Shown here in pieces: positions 19,845-28,794 of a DNA stretch of 64,000 bases. The notes beneath the pieces were generated by a model. The model searched no databases, had not been told where the DNA came from, and saw only the letters and a program-made list of their open reading frames with translations. Every line of letters starts with the position of its first letter. Position 1 is the first letter of the stretch. Position numbers and translations under genes: made by a program. Location: the IMG/VR virus record IMGVR_UViG_3300009155_000038; one strand, given 5' to 3'. The stretch comes from a virus.

Positions 19845-19860
19845 TCCGGCGATTAGATGA

Positions 19861-20487
19861 CTACTCGAATGCGATATCCCAAGTGATACCGATCTGAGAC
19901 GACGCTTCTTTGGTAACTTGGTTTTCTGCCGAGAACGTAGTCCGCGCAAACACAACATCTTTGGAGCGGTCGCTAAACACAGGCGCGGCGACGAGAGCGG
20001 CTGAAAACACTTTGCTGTTGTTCAAATAACTAAACGGCTGCCCGTTGACGCCGACCGTGCCGGACGTTTGAACAAAAAACGTAAGCTGATTTCCTTGCTG
20101 GTTCACGGGCAGGTTTGCTTCATAGCCCGGCGAAACACTCAACGCTGGCTCAATACTCAGCGGGATGCGTAAAAAGTCGCTGCCGCTGGTGTGGCTTAGG
20201 CTGTGGTAGTAATTGATATCTGTATCGCGGCCGAAAGTGCCGGTAGAAATCGGTACGGCGGGATCTTCTTGGTTAGCGAACTCGATGTACATGGCCGAGA
20301 TGCTGTAATCTGGCCGATCCGCTTGCCGTTTGAAGCCGATTTGCTTGGCCGCGATATAACCCCACGAATACTGGATCTGGTTGTGTTGGTCGATAACCGG
20401 TGTGCGCAACCCGGTTTTTTCGTCTACGCGCCACACCGTAACGTGCCCGCGAACACCAAAAACGGGGTTAATTTTGTCGACAGCCAT
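19861..20487 (-). CDS. putative baseplate/tail structural protein
   Basis: 208-aa beta-rich ORF between the baseplate and fibre genes. Confidence 0.65.
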   Translation of the reverse strand: MAVDKINPVFGVRGHVTVWRVDEKTGLRTPVIDQHNQIQYSWGYIAAKQIGFKRQADRPDYSISAMYIEFANQEDPAVPISTGTFGRDTDINYYHSLSHTSGSDFLRIPLSIEPALSVSPGYEANLPVNQQGNQLTFFVQTSGTVGVNGQPFSYLNNSKVFSAALVAAPVFSDRSKDVVFARTTFSAENQVTKEASSQIGITWDIAFE

Positions 20488-20496
20488 GGTTTTTCC

Positions 20497-22224
20497 TTAC
20501 TGGCACGTACCTGATACAAGTCTGGCAGTAGCGCCCATATCGTTTACAAACGATTCGGGCACTGTATCACTTTCTGGCTGCATGCCGGTAAATGTCGTTA
20601 TCGTCTCGGCAACGCGGTTCTCGGGATCTATCGTGTCAGTACCGGCCGACAGCTCAAATACGACGATCATTCCCGTCTGGGGCGGTAATAATCGACGCAG
20701 GTGTCTAACATTGTACAGTCCCAAGCTATTTTGCCCCAATGTCGAAACCAGAATTCTTACGACAAAAACGTTGTTACGTAAGACGTTCTCAACCAGAAAT
20801 TGCAGGGGATTAATAGTCCTAGGCAGGTTTTCCTCTGTTGGCTCGGCTGCGGGGTTGACGCGCTTATCAAGTAATTGAGCCAGTGTGCCGCGGCGGCGCT
20901 TGCCGACGCACGGCTGCGCTGCCGCCTGCGCTGCGGCGATTCCACGCATGTGAATTTCGTCAAAAAACCGCTCGGCATCGGCTGGGAAACCGCCCAGTTT
21001 AAAGCTTAGATATGTGTAGCCGCTGGGGTGGTCTGTTACTACCTTTAGCGGCACCTGTTTGTTTTCAAAAATTAGGTCGCCGTAAAAGCACGCCGACAAA
21101 TAGCCGTCGTCCAGCGCTAGCGCAGTTATGTCACGGCGGGCAGGCTGACACACATATGAATTCGGGTCAATCAGGATGACGTCGTCTGATTCTGTAACTA
21201 ACGGCTCAAACAGGTTATCGACAAGGATGTTATTTGGCGGTGGGCAGCACAATAAGCTGACGTCTTCCGCAAAACTAGTGGCGTAGGTGTTGCCTACGAA
21301 GAATTCTTTGATATCAATACCCCTGATCAACTGCGTGCCGGCTGAAATCACCTGTCCGACACGTACTACCGCTGTTGCGTTGTTGCTGAACCGATAAACA
21401 GTCTTATCGGTAATGACGAGTAAACCGTGCGAGTCGTAATCAACGACTTCGACTGTTTCTGACAGTTCTGTGCTTACGGGCACGCCACAAATAACGGCGA
21501 GCGCCAGATCTAGCGTGGCCGCCGTGGCACCACCCTCGACCAGACTAGTGATTACGGCGTTCGTCAGGTCTTTATAACCCTGACTCGTTCTGAGTTTAAT
21601 GCCGACAGCGTAAGCAAACTGATGGAACACAAAATCGTAGTCAAACTTGCCACAAAATCCCCACAGGGTAAGTTCTTCGTCGTGAACACTGCCAGACACC
21701 ACCGGCCGGCGTAAAAACGCGGGGTTGTCAAACGGGTTTGCTTTAAAAATAATCGACCCGCGTTGCTGGTCAATAACGAAATCAACGTCGCTGAGCAGGG
21801 CAGCTGTTGGAAACGTGATACGGTTAAAAAACTGGCCTACAGCGGCCAACTTTTCAGGTAAAGGAAACGAGAAAAATGACACGTTGGTTGGCGCAGTATC
21901 AAAAACGGGAGGGCCGTTAAATAATTGCGTGCCGTCATCAAACAACGTCGAGGTTGTCTGCACAGAATTCAAATCTGACCGTTTAATAACAACCGGCACA
22001 ATTGTTTCTTCGTGAAACAACGGTACGTCATAGCGACTCAGCGCCGCGACAACTTCAAGCAGATTTCTATAGGTCTGATTGATGGTGTGCGCCGTGCTAA
22101 TTACGTACGACTCAACCTGATCACGACCAGTGAATGTGCGCGCCCAGAAACTACCGAGCAGCCCCAGCAGCGTGCGGCTTTTGTCGAAGTCTGTGCCCGG
22201 ATAGCTAAAAGCTTGTTTTTGCAT
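20497..22224 (-). CDS. putative baseplate wedge protein (gpI/gp7-like position)
   Basis: 575 aa, directly downstream of the baseplate J-like gene; call is mainly positional. Confidence 0.5.
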   Translation of the reverse strand: MQKQAFSYPGTDFDKSRTLLGLLGSFWARTFTGRDQVESYVISTAHTINQTYRNLLEVVAALSRYDVPLFHEETIVPVVIKRSDLNSVQTTSTLFDDGTQLFNGPPVFDTAPTNVSFFSFPLPEKLAAVGQFFNRITFPTAALLSDVDFVIDQQRGSIIFKANPFDNPAFLRRPVVSGSVHDEELTLWGFCGKFDYDFVFHQFAYAVGIKLRTSQGYKDLTNAVITSLVEGGATAATLDLALAVICGVPVSTELSETVEVVDYDSHGLLVITDKTVYRFSNNATAVVRVGQVISAGTQLIRGIDIKEFFVGNTYATSFAEDVSLLCCPPPNNILVDNLFEPLVTESDDVILIDPNSYVCQPARRDITALALDDGYLSACFYGDLIFENKQVPLKVVTDHPSGYTYLSFKLGGFPADAERFFDEIHMRGIAAAQAAAQPCVGKRRRGTLAQLLDKRVNPAAEPTEENLPRTINPLQFLVENVLRNNVFVVRILVSTLGQNSLGLYNVRHLRRLLPPQTGMIVVFELSAGTDTIDPENRVAETITTFTGMQPESDTVPESFVNDMGATARLVSGTCQ

Positions 22225-22231
22225 AAGTCAC

Positions 22232-23881
22232 TCAGCTTAAAAACCCTGCGGCTACAACAGACACAGCGACGTCTTCCGGGCGCGTCAGGAACGCTGTGGT
22301 GCGCCCAGAAACACCGCGAGCGTAGTCGGTTGGGATTACCAGCGTTGCGTTATCGCGTAAATACGTGACGGTACCATCTGGTCGGCGAATCCGGCCAAAC
22401 ATATCAATACTACTGAGCGCTTGGCGCCCCGTGAGATACTTGTGCGCTGCTGTGCTAATAACCGACGCGTTAAGCTGCCCAGAAAAACCGATTTTATTAA
22501 TGGCTTCGCTGACAGCTTGCTGAATTGCGGCAACATCAGGTGTTGCATCAGCTGCCTCTTTACGAATATCAAAAGCGATTTTTGTAAAGCACGGAACGGG
22601 CGCTTTTACAAGCACGTCTGATCCTCGCGCCCTTATGTCACGCGAACTTAAAAAGTCTTGCAGCTCAGCAATCAGCGGCATACCGATTGTGCGCACCGAA
22701 TAGATCTTTTTGTCTTTGTTGGCAACGAGTGTTCCCGGCGGTGTGTCCGTATCTTCGAACTGAATTACGGCTGTCTGATATCGCGTGTACGCGCCTTCTG
22801 GTACATAGAGCAAGTCGGGTACAAAACTCAGGTTTGTCAAATCAACGTTGCGGACATCAAGCGTAATTCCGTAGCCAGTCACATTCTTGCTTGTTGGCTG
22901 AGCAATACGTGTGACCTCATAAAATCCGGGTGCCGTGTTCCGCGATAGGATAATTTGCCACTTTGTGCCGGCCGTTGTTTGTCCCATATACGTCGCAGGT
23001 AACAGTTGCTCTGTTTCTTGCGCGTAGCCGTTTGTCTGCGCGTAGATGTCGACTTTTCCGCCGCCGGAGATTGGAAATAAACCGTGCTGATCCCGCTGCT
23101 GCTCTGGGTCGCCGCAGCCGACGAACGACAAGCTGACCGTATTCGCAAATTCAGGCTGATTTAAGATAGCAGCAGTAAAATTTTGCCTGCCGCCGATTGT
23201 TTTTGCCGACAGCCCCGCGGTCAGCTTAGCCAAGTATTCTTCGTTTGAGCTGGCGTTTTTGCCGTGAATAAAGTCCGCAGTTGCATAAGCCGCGCTGGTG
23301 TTGTTCAGTACGCTATTGGGCTGCAAAGGCGTGCCACGATTAATATTTCCGATAGCGCCAACAGTAGTAGCCTTTAAAACAATTGTCGCGGCGTATGTTC
23401 CGTCGCCTACCGGAATCATAGTGCGCTCATTAGCGGCGGTTGCAACCACATTCGGCGGCAAAATTGTAAATGTTGCCGTCGGTACAAATACGGCGCCTGT
23501 TGTGTCAGCTGTAAATCTCACAGCCTGAGATACAGTCGTGAGTACAGGTAAATTGAACACGAGGGTGGCTGTACCGGTCGCCGGGGTGCCCGCGTCACGA
23601 GTTACGTTGAAATTAGAGAGCACCTGATCTACTAGATCGGTGTCGGCAAGCGTCGGATCTTTTGTGATCTGCAGCAGGCTTTTACTGCGCAGTACCCGGT
23701 CGATATTTTCTTGAATCGCCGCGTTGAGCACGCCGTCAAAATACAGCACAAGATCGTGAAACACGCCGCGCGTCAGCTCGACTTCTGGGTGCCGTTCCGC
23801 CATAAGTTGCGACATTGTCGCAATCATGCTTTCGACTTTGGCCGTGTCTAGTTGTGTAAGGCTTGTGATCTGTAATGACAT
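22232..23881 (-). CDS. baseplate J-like (gpJ/gp6) wedge protein
   Basis: Pattern TRDAGTPATGTATLVF...ATTVGAIGNI...ADFIHGKNASSNEEYLAKL is typical of Baseplate_J proteins; follows a gp25-like gene. Confidence 0.75.
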   Translation of the reverse strand: MSLQITSLTQLDTAKVESMIATMSQLMAERHPEVELTRGVFHDLVLYFDGVLNAAIQENIDRVLRSKSLLQITKDPTLADTDLVDQVLSNFNVTRDAGTPATGTATLVFNLPVLTTVSQAVRFTADTTGAVFVPTATFTILPPNVVATAANERTMIPVGDGTYAATIVLKATTVGAIGNINRGTPLQPNSVLNNTSAAYATADFIHGKNASSNEEYLAKLTAGLSAKTIGGRQNFTAAILNQPEFANTVSLSFVGCGDPEQQRDQHGLFPISGGGKVDIYAQTNGYAQETEQLLPATYMGQTTAGTKWQIILSRNTAPGFYEVTRIAQPTSKNVTGYGITLDVRNVDLTNLSFVPDLLYVPEGAYTRYQTAVIQFEDTDTPPGTLVANKDKKIYSVRTIGMPLIAELQDFLSSRDIRARGSDVLVKAPVPCFTKIAFDIRKEAADATPDVAAIQQAVSEAINKIGFSGQLNASVISTAAHKYLTGRQALSSIDMFGRIRRPDGTVTYLRDNATLVIPTDYARGVSGRTTAFLTRPEDVAVSVVAAGFLS

Positions 23882-23888
23882 GTAACAC

Positions 23889-24356
23889 CTACGGCAAAGT
23901 TTCTATCGGTAAAATAAGCGGGCGGGCGGTGCCGGCGCGGCTCAACACATTAACTTTTAAATTGAGATATCCGGGTAGAAATGAGATATCAACTAACGTT
24001 ACGTCGTCTAGTCTTTCGTCATTCGGCATGCCGCTATATTCTTCAGCCTGTAACGTCGTGCGTATACGAATAGCAGCGGCGTAAAAACTTTGAATCGCAT
24101 CTAACCGTGTTCGTGTGCGCCCTTGCCGAACAAGTGTCAAAAAATTACATCCGCGAGTCGGACGCCCCGGCATCGACCCAATTTCTGTTAGAAACTCAAG
24201 CGTCCACCGCTGCGCTAGTTTTTGCGCGCCCACACAGATCTGCCCGCCGGCGCCAGCCGAAAACAGCTGCATATCGAGCTTGCGTTCCCTTAGCGGGTCT
24301 GGGTTTTGAAACGCCAGAAAGTCGTATTTTCTTGTTGCGTAGTCAGCGAGACTCAT
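23889..24356 (-). CDS. baseplate wedge/sheath initiator gp25 (gpW)-like protein
   Basis: KLAQRWTLEFLTEIGSMPGRPTRGCNF...DERLDDVTLVDISF matches the gp25 layout; 155 aa. Confidence 0.7.
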   Translation of the reverse strand: MSLADYATRKYDFLAFQNPDPLRERKLDMQLFSAGAGGQICVGAQKLAQRWTLEFLTEIGSMPGRPTRGCNFLTLVRQGRTRTRLDAIQSFYAAAIRIRTTLQAEEYSGMPNDERLDDVTLVDISFLPGYLNLKVNVLSRAGTARPLILPIETLP

Positions 24357-24401
24357 ATTATGTCAGCCCTGCTATAGCGCCGGCAAAACCGGCAAAAATT
24401 A

Positions 24402-24890
24402 CTAGCCGCCGCTATTGACACTCAACGCGGATTTACCAGATTTGATAAACGTGTTTACGCCACCTTTAAGGCAACTGAAAACGCTTTTATCCGCCTGACT
24501 GTGCCCATCAAGTCGTCCATGCATAAATGAAGCACAGCGGGCATAACTAGCGTGACGTGTACGAAACGCGCGCTCTTCTGACGCCATAAAGTCAGCCTGC
24601 CACTTCATCGCAATAAGGTCGCCCGTGGTGCCGCCCCCGATGCCGGCGCCACTAAGCACGTCAGCCGAATACACGCGGTTAATGTCATTCCTATCCCACG
24701 CTGGATCGTGCATTGTTGGCACGTCAAGCAGTTCTTTTTTCTTTAATTCAGTCGGCGTATGCCATGGGCGCGCGTCACCAGAAAATCTAAATGTCGTCGC
24801 CATTTGACCGGCGATATCTTCAAGTTGATTAATGCGCGCAACAAATTTTGAGTCGAGCTGTCCTTTGCTTTTGCCGCGACCTGTTTTCAT
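24402..24890 (-). CDS. hypothetical protein
   Basis: 162-aa ORF with AGGGG SD. Confidence 0.7.
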   Translation of the reverse strand: MKTGRGKSKGQLDSKFVARINQLEDIAGQMATTFRFSGDARPWHTPTELKKKELLDVPTMHDPAWDRNDINRVYSADVLSGAGIGGGTTGDLIAMKWQADFMASEERAFRTRHASYARCASFMHGRLDGHSQADKSVFSCLKGGVNTFIKSGKSALSVNSGG

Positions 24891-24901
24891 GTTATATCCC
24901 C

Positions 24902-25717
24902 TTAAAACCCGCCGTGAGTGTATTGTTTGTCGAGCATGCTTTGAATCTTTGCTGCGCGCTGACTAACCGCGCCCGGCGTGATGTTAAGACGATGTGCAAT
25001 ATCTTGCGTGCTGGCTTTGCGTCGACCGTTACGCCCTAGTGTCATATCGGCAATGAGCTTGTCTGTTGGGCTCAGATCGTCATATACAAAGTTAAACCAA
25101 GCGTCGGCAGCCCGTGTTGATCCCGGCACTACGCTTGCCACATCGCCACCGTAGTTTTCTTCTGAGGTTACGTCGCGTGTAGTTGTGCCCTCAGATACAG
25201 GCTGATTAAACGCACGAATCTTTTGAATGCGCCGTTTGGATAGACTTGTTGAATCCGCCAGCTCATCGTCTGTCGGGTCGCGGCCAAGTTCGTCGCGCAT
25301 TTGGTTTTCGTGTTCGTTTAGGCGCGAAAAATCCAGCCCGACCTGCTCTGGAATGGAAATGATATTTTGAGACTGCGCTGACAGTCGGCGTATGCCCTGC
25401 AGCTGCGACAGTAGGTGTGTCCGCACATTGCCGCGGTTGGCGTCATAGCTGTCCAGCGCCTTGAGGGCCATCATTCTGGCTTTTGACTTAATGGTCGGAT
25501 GCGCGTTCTGTCCGGCGTAACTTGTGACAGCCGTGTCGATAACCGGCTGAATCGTCTTCAAAATAGCTGTATTGCTTTCAGGCGTACGGTCGTTTTGCCA
25601 CTGGGTGTAGGCAGTATCAAAAGCGTCGGCAACGCCCGCCGGCTTTTTCTCTGAGAACGGCCCCGGAATGTCGCCAAGAATAGACGGCATGCCAGCAGGT
25701 TTTTTGTTGTTGGTCAT
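24902..25717 (-). CDS. sigma70-family RNA polymerase sigma factor (regions 2, 3 and 4)
   Basis: ALKALDSYDANRG (region 2.2/2.3), ELGRDPTDDELAD (region 3.0/3.1) and LSPTDKLIADMTLG...STQDIAHRLNITPGAVSQ (region 4 HTH). Confidence 0.85.
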   Translation of the reverse strand: MTNNKKPAGMPSILGDIPGPFSEKKPAGVADAFDTAYTQWQNDRTPESNTAILKTIQPVIDTAVTSYAGQNAHPTIKSKARMMALKALDSYDANRGNVRTHLLSQLQGIRRLSAQSQNIISIPEQVGLDFSRLNEHENQMRDELGRDPTDDELADSTSLSKRRIQKIRAFNQPVSEGTTTRDVTSEENYGGDVASVVPGSTRAADAWFNFVYDDLSPTDKLIADMTLGRNGRRKASTQDIAHRLNITPGAVSQRAAKIQSMLDKQYTHGGF

Positions 25718-25721
25718 GTTA

Positions 25722-27386
25722 CTAGCCCGCTGAAGTCTTTAATGCGCCGCCAAACCACGCAATCCCGTCGTTATAAAGTGGCGCTGACGCCGCTGAAATA
25801 TTTTCGTCGCCGTCTTCTTCGATTGTGCGAATATACGCAAGCGCAAAAGATGTACCGGCTAATGCGCGTTCGGCGTTAATCGAGTATGACACCTGTGTAA
25901 CAGCCGCGACCATGTAGCCGTCCGAGCCAATCTCCGCAATTGGCATCTCAATTCTAACAATACTGCCGGGGGCAATATCAAAACGCAATTTGCCAGACAA
26001 TTCGCCGTAACGTTGCCCCAGTAACTCTGTTTTGTACCAGTGATGCGCAAATCTATTCGCTACGGCGCTGTCTGTCATAGCCTGCGCCGCTTCCGCTTGT
26101 GTAAACCAATCCGGCGATGGATTTGAGTCGCCAGTGCCGGGCGCCATGCAATCTCCCGGCGTTTGAGCTTTAACGCCCGTCGTGGCACCTGCCGCACCGC
26201 CCCACGAGGCAATATTTGCAATCCATGTCGGCGGTTCTTTGAATAGCTTTAATCCGGGCCGATCTTCATTTTCGTTGCCTGTCGCCGATATTGGATAAAA
26301 ACCAAGTGGCTGCGCAAACGAATCGACGTTGTTTATTTCCAAGCCCAACTCGGGGCCCACAGCGGCATTGAACGGCCAAAATACTGTCACAGTTTCTAGG
26401 AGCTGTGTCATGTGGGCATTGAAATTAGCGTAGCTGTACTCGTCGGCTGCTATTTCTTTGCCCTGTCCGGCTTTCCAGCGCAGACCGCCAAAGAAAGGAA
26501 TGGCGAGCGCGTGTTCAACTCCCGGCGATATCGCGAAGAAAAACTGCGGCGCATAATGCCCGATTAGTTTCCCCCAAAACGATGTATACGCAAATGACTC
26601 TAGAGCGTCGACTTCCAAAGCTTTACGTAACGCCTCATCCATATTGTGTGAGGCTAACCCGTCTAGATTGAGCCCTAATAGCGGCGCTGAACCTTGAGCG
26701 CCGCCGGGGATACGCGATAGCGCGTCAAGAGCAGCAGTATTTTTCCCATCGTTCGGCAAATCAAAATTTGCCACCGATTCAAACACAGGTTTGATAACCG
26801 CGCCCCACAGATCAGTTGACGCGTTTTCGTGATTAATTATTTGCCCGTCTGGATCAAACGCCGGCACGGGTAAAGCATCGGAGGGCTGCCCAATACCCGC
26901 GTCAGACGCCTGCGCCGCGGCAGCATAGCATCCCGCATTAAATGCCAAGTCATACGGCGCGTTCGGGAACCAGTTCCCGTTCAGCATTGATGAGTTATTC
27001 AGCTCGTCAAGCCAGTGAACAAGGTGCATCGTATAGTTGGCGCTGTTGCTGGACCGCTGATACCCGGTGCCGGCAAGCATACCCTCGAAAATTACAAACT
27101 CGCCCGACTCCATTTTTTCTCTGTTGCCTTCTTCGGGCGTAATAGTCAGCGTAACGATGACTTTATCGCGCGGCCTGAATTTTGCCTTGGCATCGTGAAT
27201 AGTAGCTTTTTTCGTCTGATTGCTGCGTGCGTCATAACCTACGGCCACAACCATCGTGGCAGTGGGAATGCTATTTAAACCAAACGTGGCCGATATCGAC
27301 ACAATATCTTCAAACGTCACGTCTCCGCTTTTGGTGGTGACGACGGCTTTTAGCGCAAACTTGGAATAGACGTACGGCTCAGCCAT
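25722..27386 (-). CDS. putative baseplate hub protein (gpD/gp27-like)
   Basis: N-terminal ISATFGLNSIPTATM and C-terminal LRFDIAPGSIVRIE...VTQVSYSI fit the hub layout; two genes downstream of the tape measure region. Confidence 0.6.
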   Translation of the reverse strand: MAEPYVYSKFALKAVVTTKSGDVTFEDIVSISATFGLNSIPTATMVVAVGYDARSNQTKKATIHDAKAKFRPRDKVIVTLTITPEEGNREKMESGEFVIFEGMLAGTGYQRSSNSANYTMHLVHWLDELNNSSMLNGNWFPNAPYDLAFNAGCYAAAAQASDAGIGQPSDALPVPAFDPDGQIINHENASTDLWGAVIKPVFESVANFDLPNDGKNTAALDALSRIPGGAQGSAPLLGLNLDGLASHNMDEALRKALEVDALESFAYTSFWGKLIGHYAPQFFFAISPGVEHALAIPFFGGLRWKAGQGKEIAADEYSYANFNAHMTQLLETVTVFWPFNAAVGPELGLEINNVDSFAQPLGFYPISATGNENEDRPGLKLFKEPPTWIANIASWGGAAGATTGVKAQTPGDCMAPGTGDSNPSPDWFTQAEAAQAMTDSAVANRFAHHWYKTELLGQRYGELSGKLRFDIAPGSIVRIEMPIAEIGSDGYMVAAVTQVSYSINAERALAGTSFALAYIRTIEEDGDENISAASAPLYNDGIAWFGGALKTSAG

Positions 27387-28302
27387 TTTTATTACTTCTG
27401 CGTTCGTTTACTCGGTATATATGGGCCAATACAAAACCACTCAAGCGATATGCGGGCAGCGGATGATCAAACCACAGATTTTTAAATGTCTTGTATGGTT
27501 CTGACGGTGCCACGCCAAACAACTCAAGCGCGGCAGGTTCGCCGAGCAATTCTAACGCCGGTAAAATAGTTGCGATAGCCGCCGGAGGATTTGTTGCGAG
27601 ATCGACTAACCAGTTTGCCGGGCTGGTTGCGTGCTCGGCTGGCAACATAGACGGCGTTACTTTAACGCTTGTGTCCGGCAACGTAATGGTCGGTAGACTA
27701 GTTAAATCTGGCACAGGCACAATAAGCGGGGCAGCCAACGAGTTGATCTGCTTGACATAAAGCGCGTTTGTACCCGATGTTCCTTGTCCAACAGCCGATT
27801 CCTGTAAAAAAATATCTCCGGCTGTTTCCGCGGTTAAAAAATCGGTGGCTTCCGTAAGTAGCGCTTCTGTCAGCGTTGTAGCTTGGTCGTCCGTAGTCAG
27901 CGATACAAAATATTGCCGCTGCGCTATCGGCGTTGCGTTTGTCGCACTAAAAGAACCAGCCGCAGAGAGTTGGCGATGCCTACCGGTTACCTGCGTGACG
28001 GCAATTGGTGGCGCAATTTGGAAATTCGCTTTGGCTCGCGGCCAGTATGTTACGCGAGGATCCAAAGCGTAAATATACTCTGCTAGCTCTGTTTGATGTA
28101 TGTAAGACAGCAACTCTAGCGCGCGAAAGTTTAGAAACCGCTGATCTGGGTTTGCGCCAAATAACAAAGTTTGAATTGTTTTCAGTACGCTTGATAACTC
28201 GACGCGCTTGTAGTCCGGCGAGATGTACTCGTAACCGGCGTCTCTGGCGTGCGCGCGTTTTGCGGGCGTGTTCAACAGTAATGTGCGTGCGTGATTGATC
28301 AT
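27379..28302 (-). CDS. hypothetical tail/baseplate protein
   Basis: 307-aa ORF coupled to its neighbours. Confidence 0.65.
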   Translation of the reverse strand: MINHARTLLLNTPAKRAHARDAGYEYISPDYKRVELSSVLKTIQTLLFGANPDQRFLNFRALELLSYIHQTELAEYIYALDPRVTYWPRAKANFQIAPPIAVTQVTGRHRQLSAAGSFSATNATPIAQRQYFVSLTTDDQATTLTEALLTEATDFLTAETAGDIFLQESAVGQGTSGTNALYVKQINSLAAPLIVPVPDLTSLPTITLPDTSVKVTPSMLPAEHATSPANWLVDLATNPPAAIATILPALELLGEPAALELFGVAPSEPYKTFKNLWFDHPLPAYRLSGFVLAHIYRVNERRSNKNG

Positions 28303-28309
28303 ACTGCTG

Positions 28310-28780
28310 CTACTTCTTTTTTGGGACTACATTAAAGCGCAAAGACCATTGCGCAATCATTGTTTGCGCGTCCTGTAGCTCTAAGCGCATGCCGGTTAAA
28401 AACGCGTAAAAAGTTGCGTTCTCTGAATCACCAAGAGTAACTGACAGTTTTCCATTTTTAAACAGTCTGTTCTCGGCGTAGAAATCGAGCAGCGCTCCGG
28501 GCTTAGACGACCCAACGACGTTGCAAGAGTCTGTTGCAAAACCAAGCCCGGATACTACTAGTTCGCTAACGCGGTCGCCAAAACTGTAGACATAAATGAA
28601 GTCGTTTAATGTGTGCAGAAATTGGTAGTTTCCATTTTGCTCTAGCGCAAAACCAGACATGGGTATATTGAAATTTATGTCTCCGCCGCCGCCGTTGCTA
28701 AAGCGGACAGCGAACACTTTATTGTTGTCGCTGCGTATTTTTACAATAGCGCCGCTAACTGGACTAAAAACAGTTGGCAT
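28310..28780 (-). CDS. putative tube-initiator/tube-like baseplate protein
   Basis: 156 aa, beta-rich, tube-fold-like, immediately after the tape measure gene. Confidence 0.5.
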   Translation of the reverse strand: MPTVFSPVSGAIVKIRSDNNKVFAVRFSNGGGGDINFNIPMSGFALEQNGNYQFLHTLNDFIYVYSFGDRVSELVVSGLGFATDSCNVVGSSKPGALLDFYAENRLFKNGKLSVTLGDSENATFYAFLTGMRLELQDAQTMIAQWSLRFNVVPKKK

Positions 28781-28794
28781 AGGTCACCTGTAAT

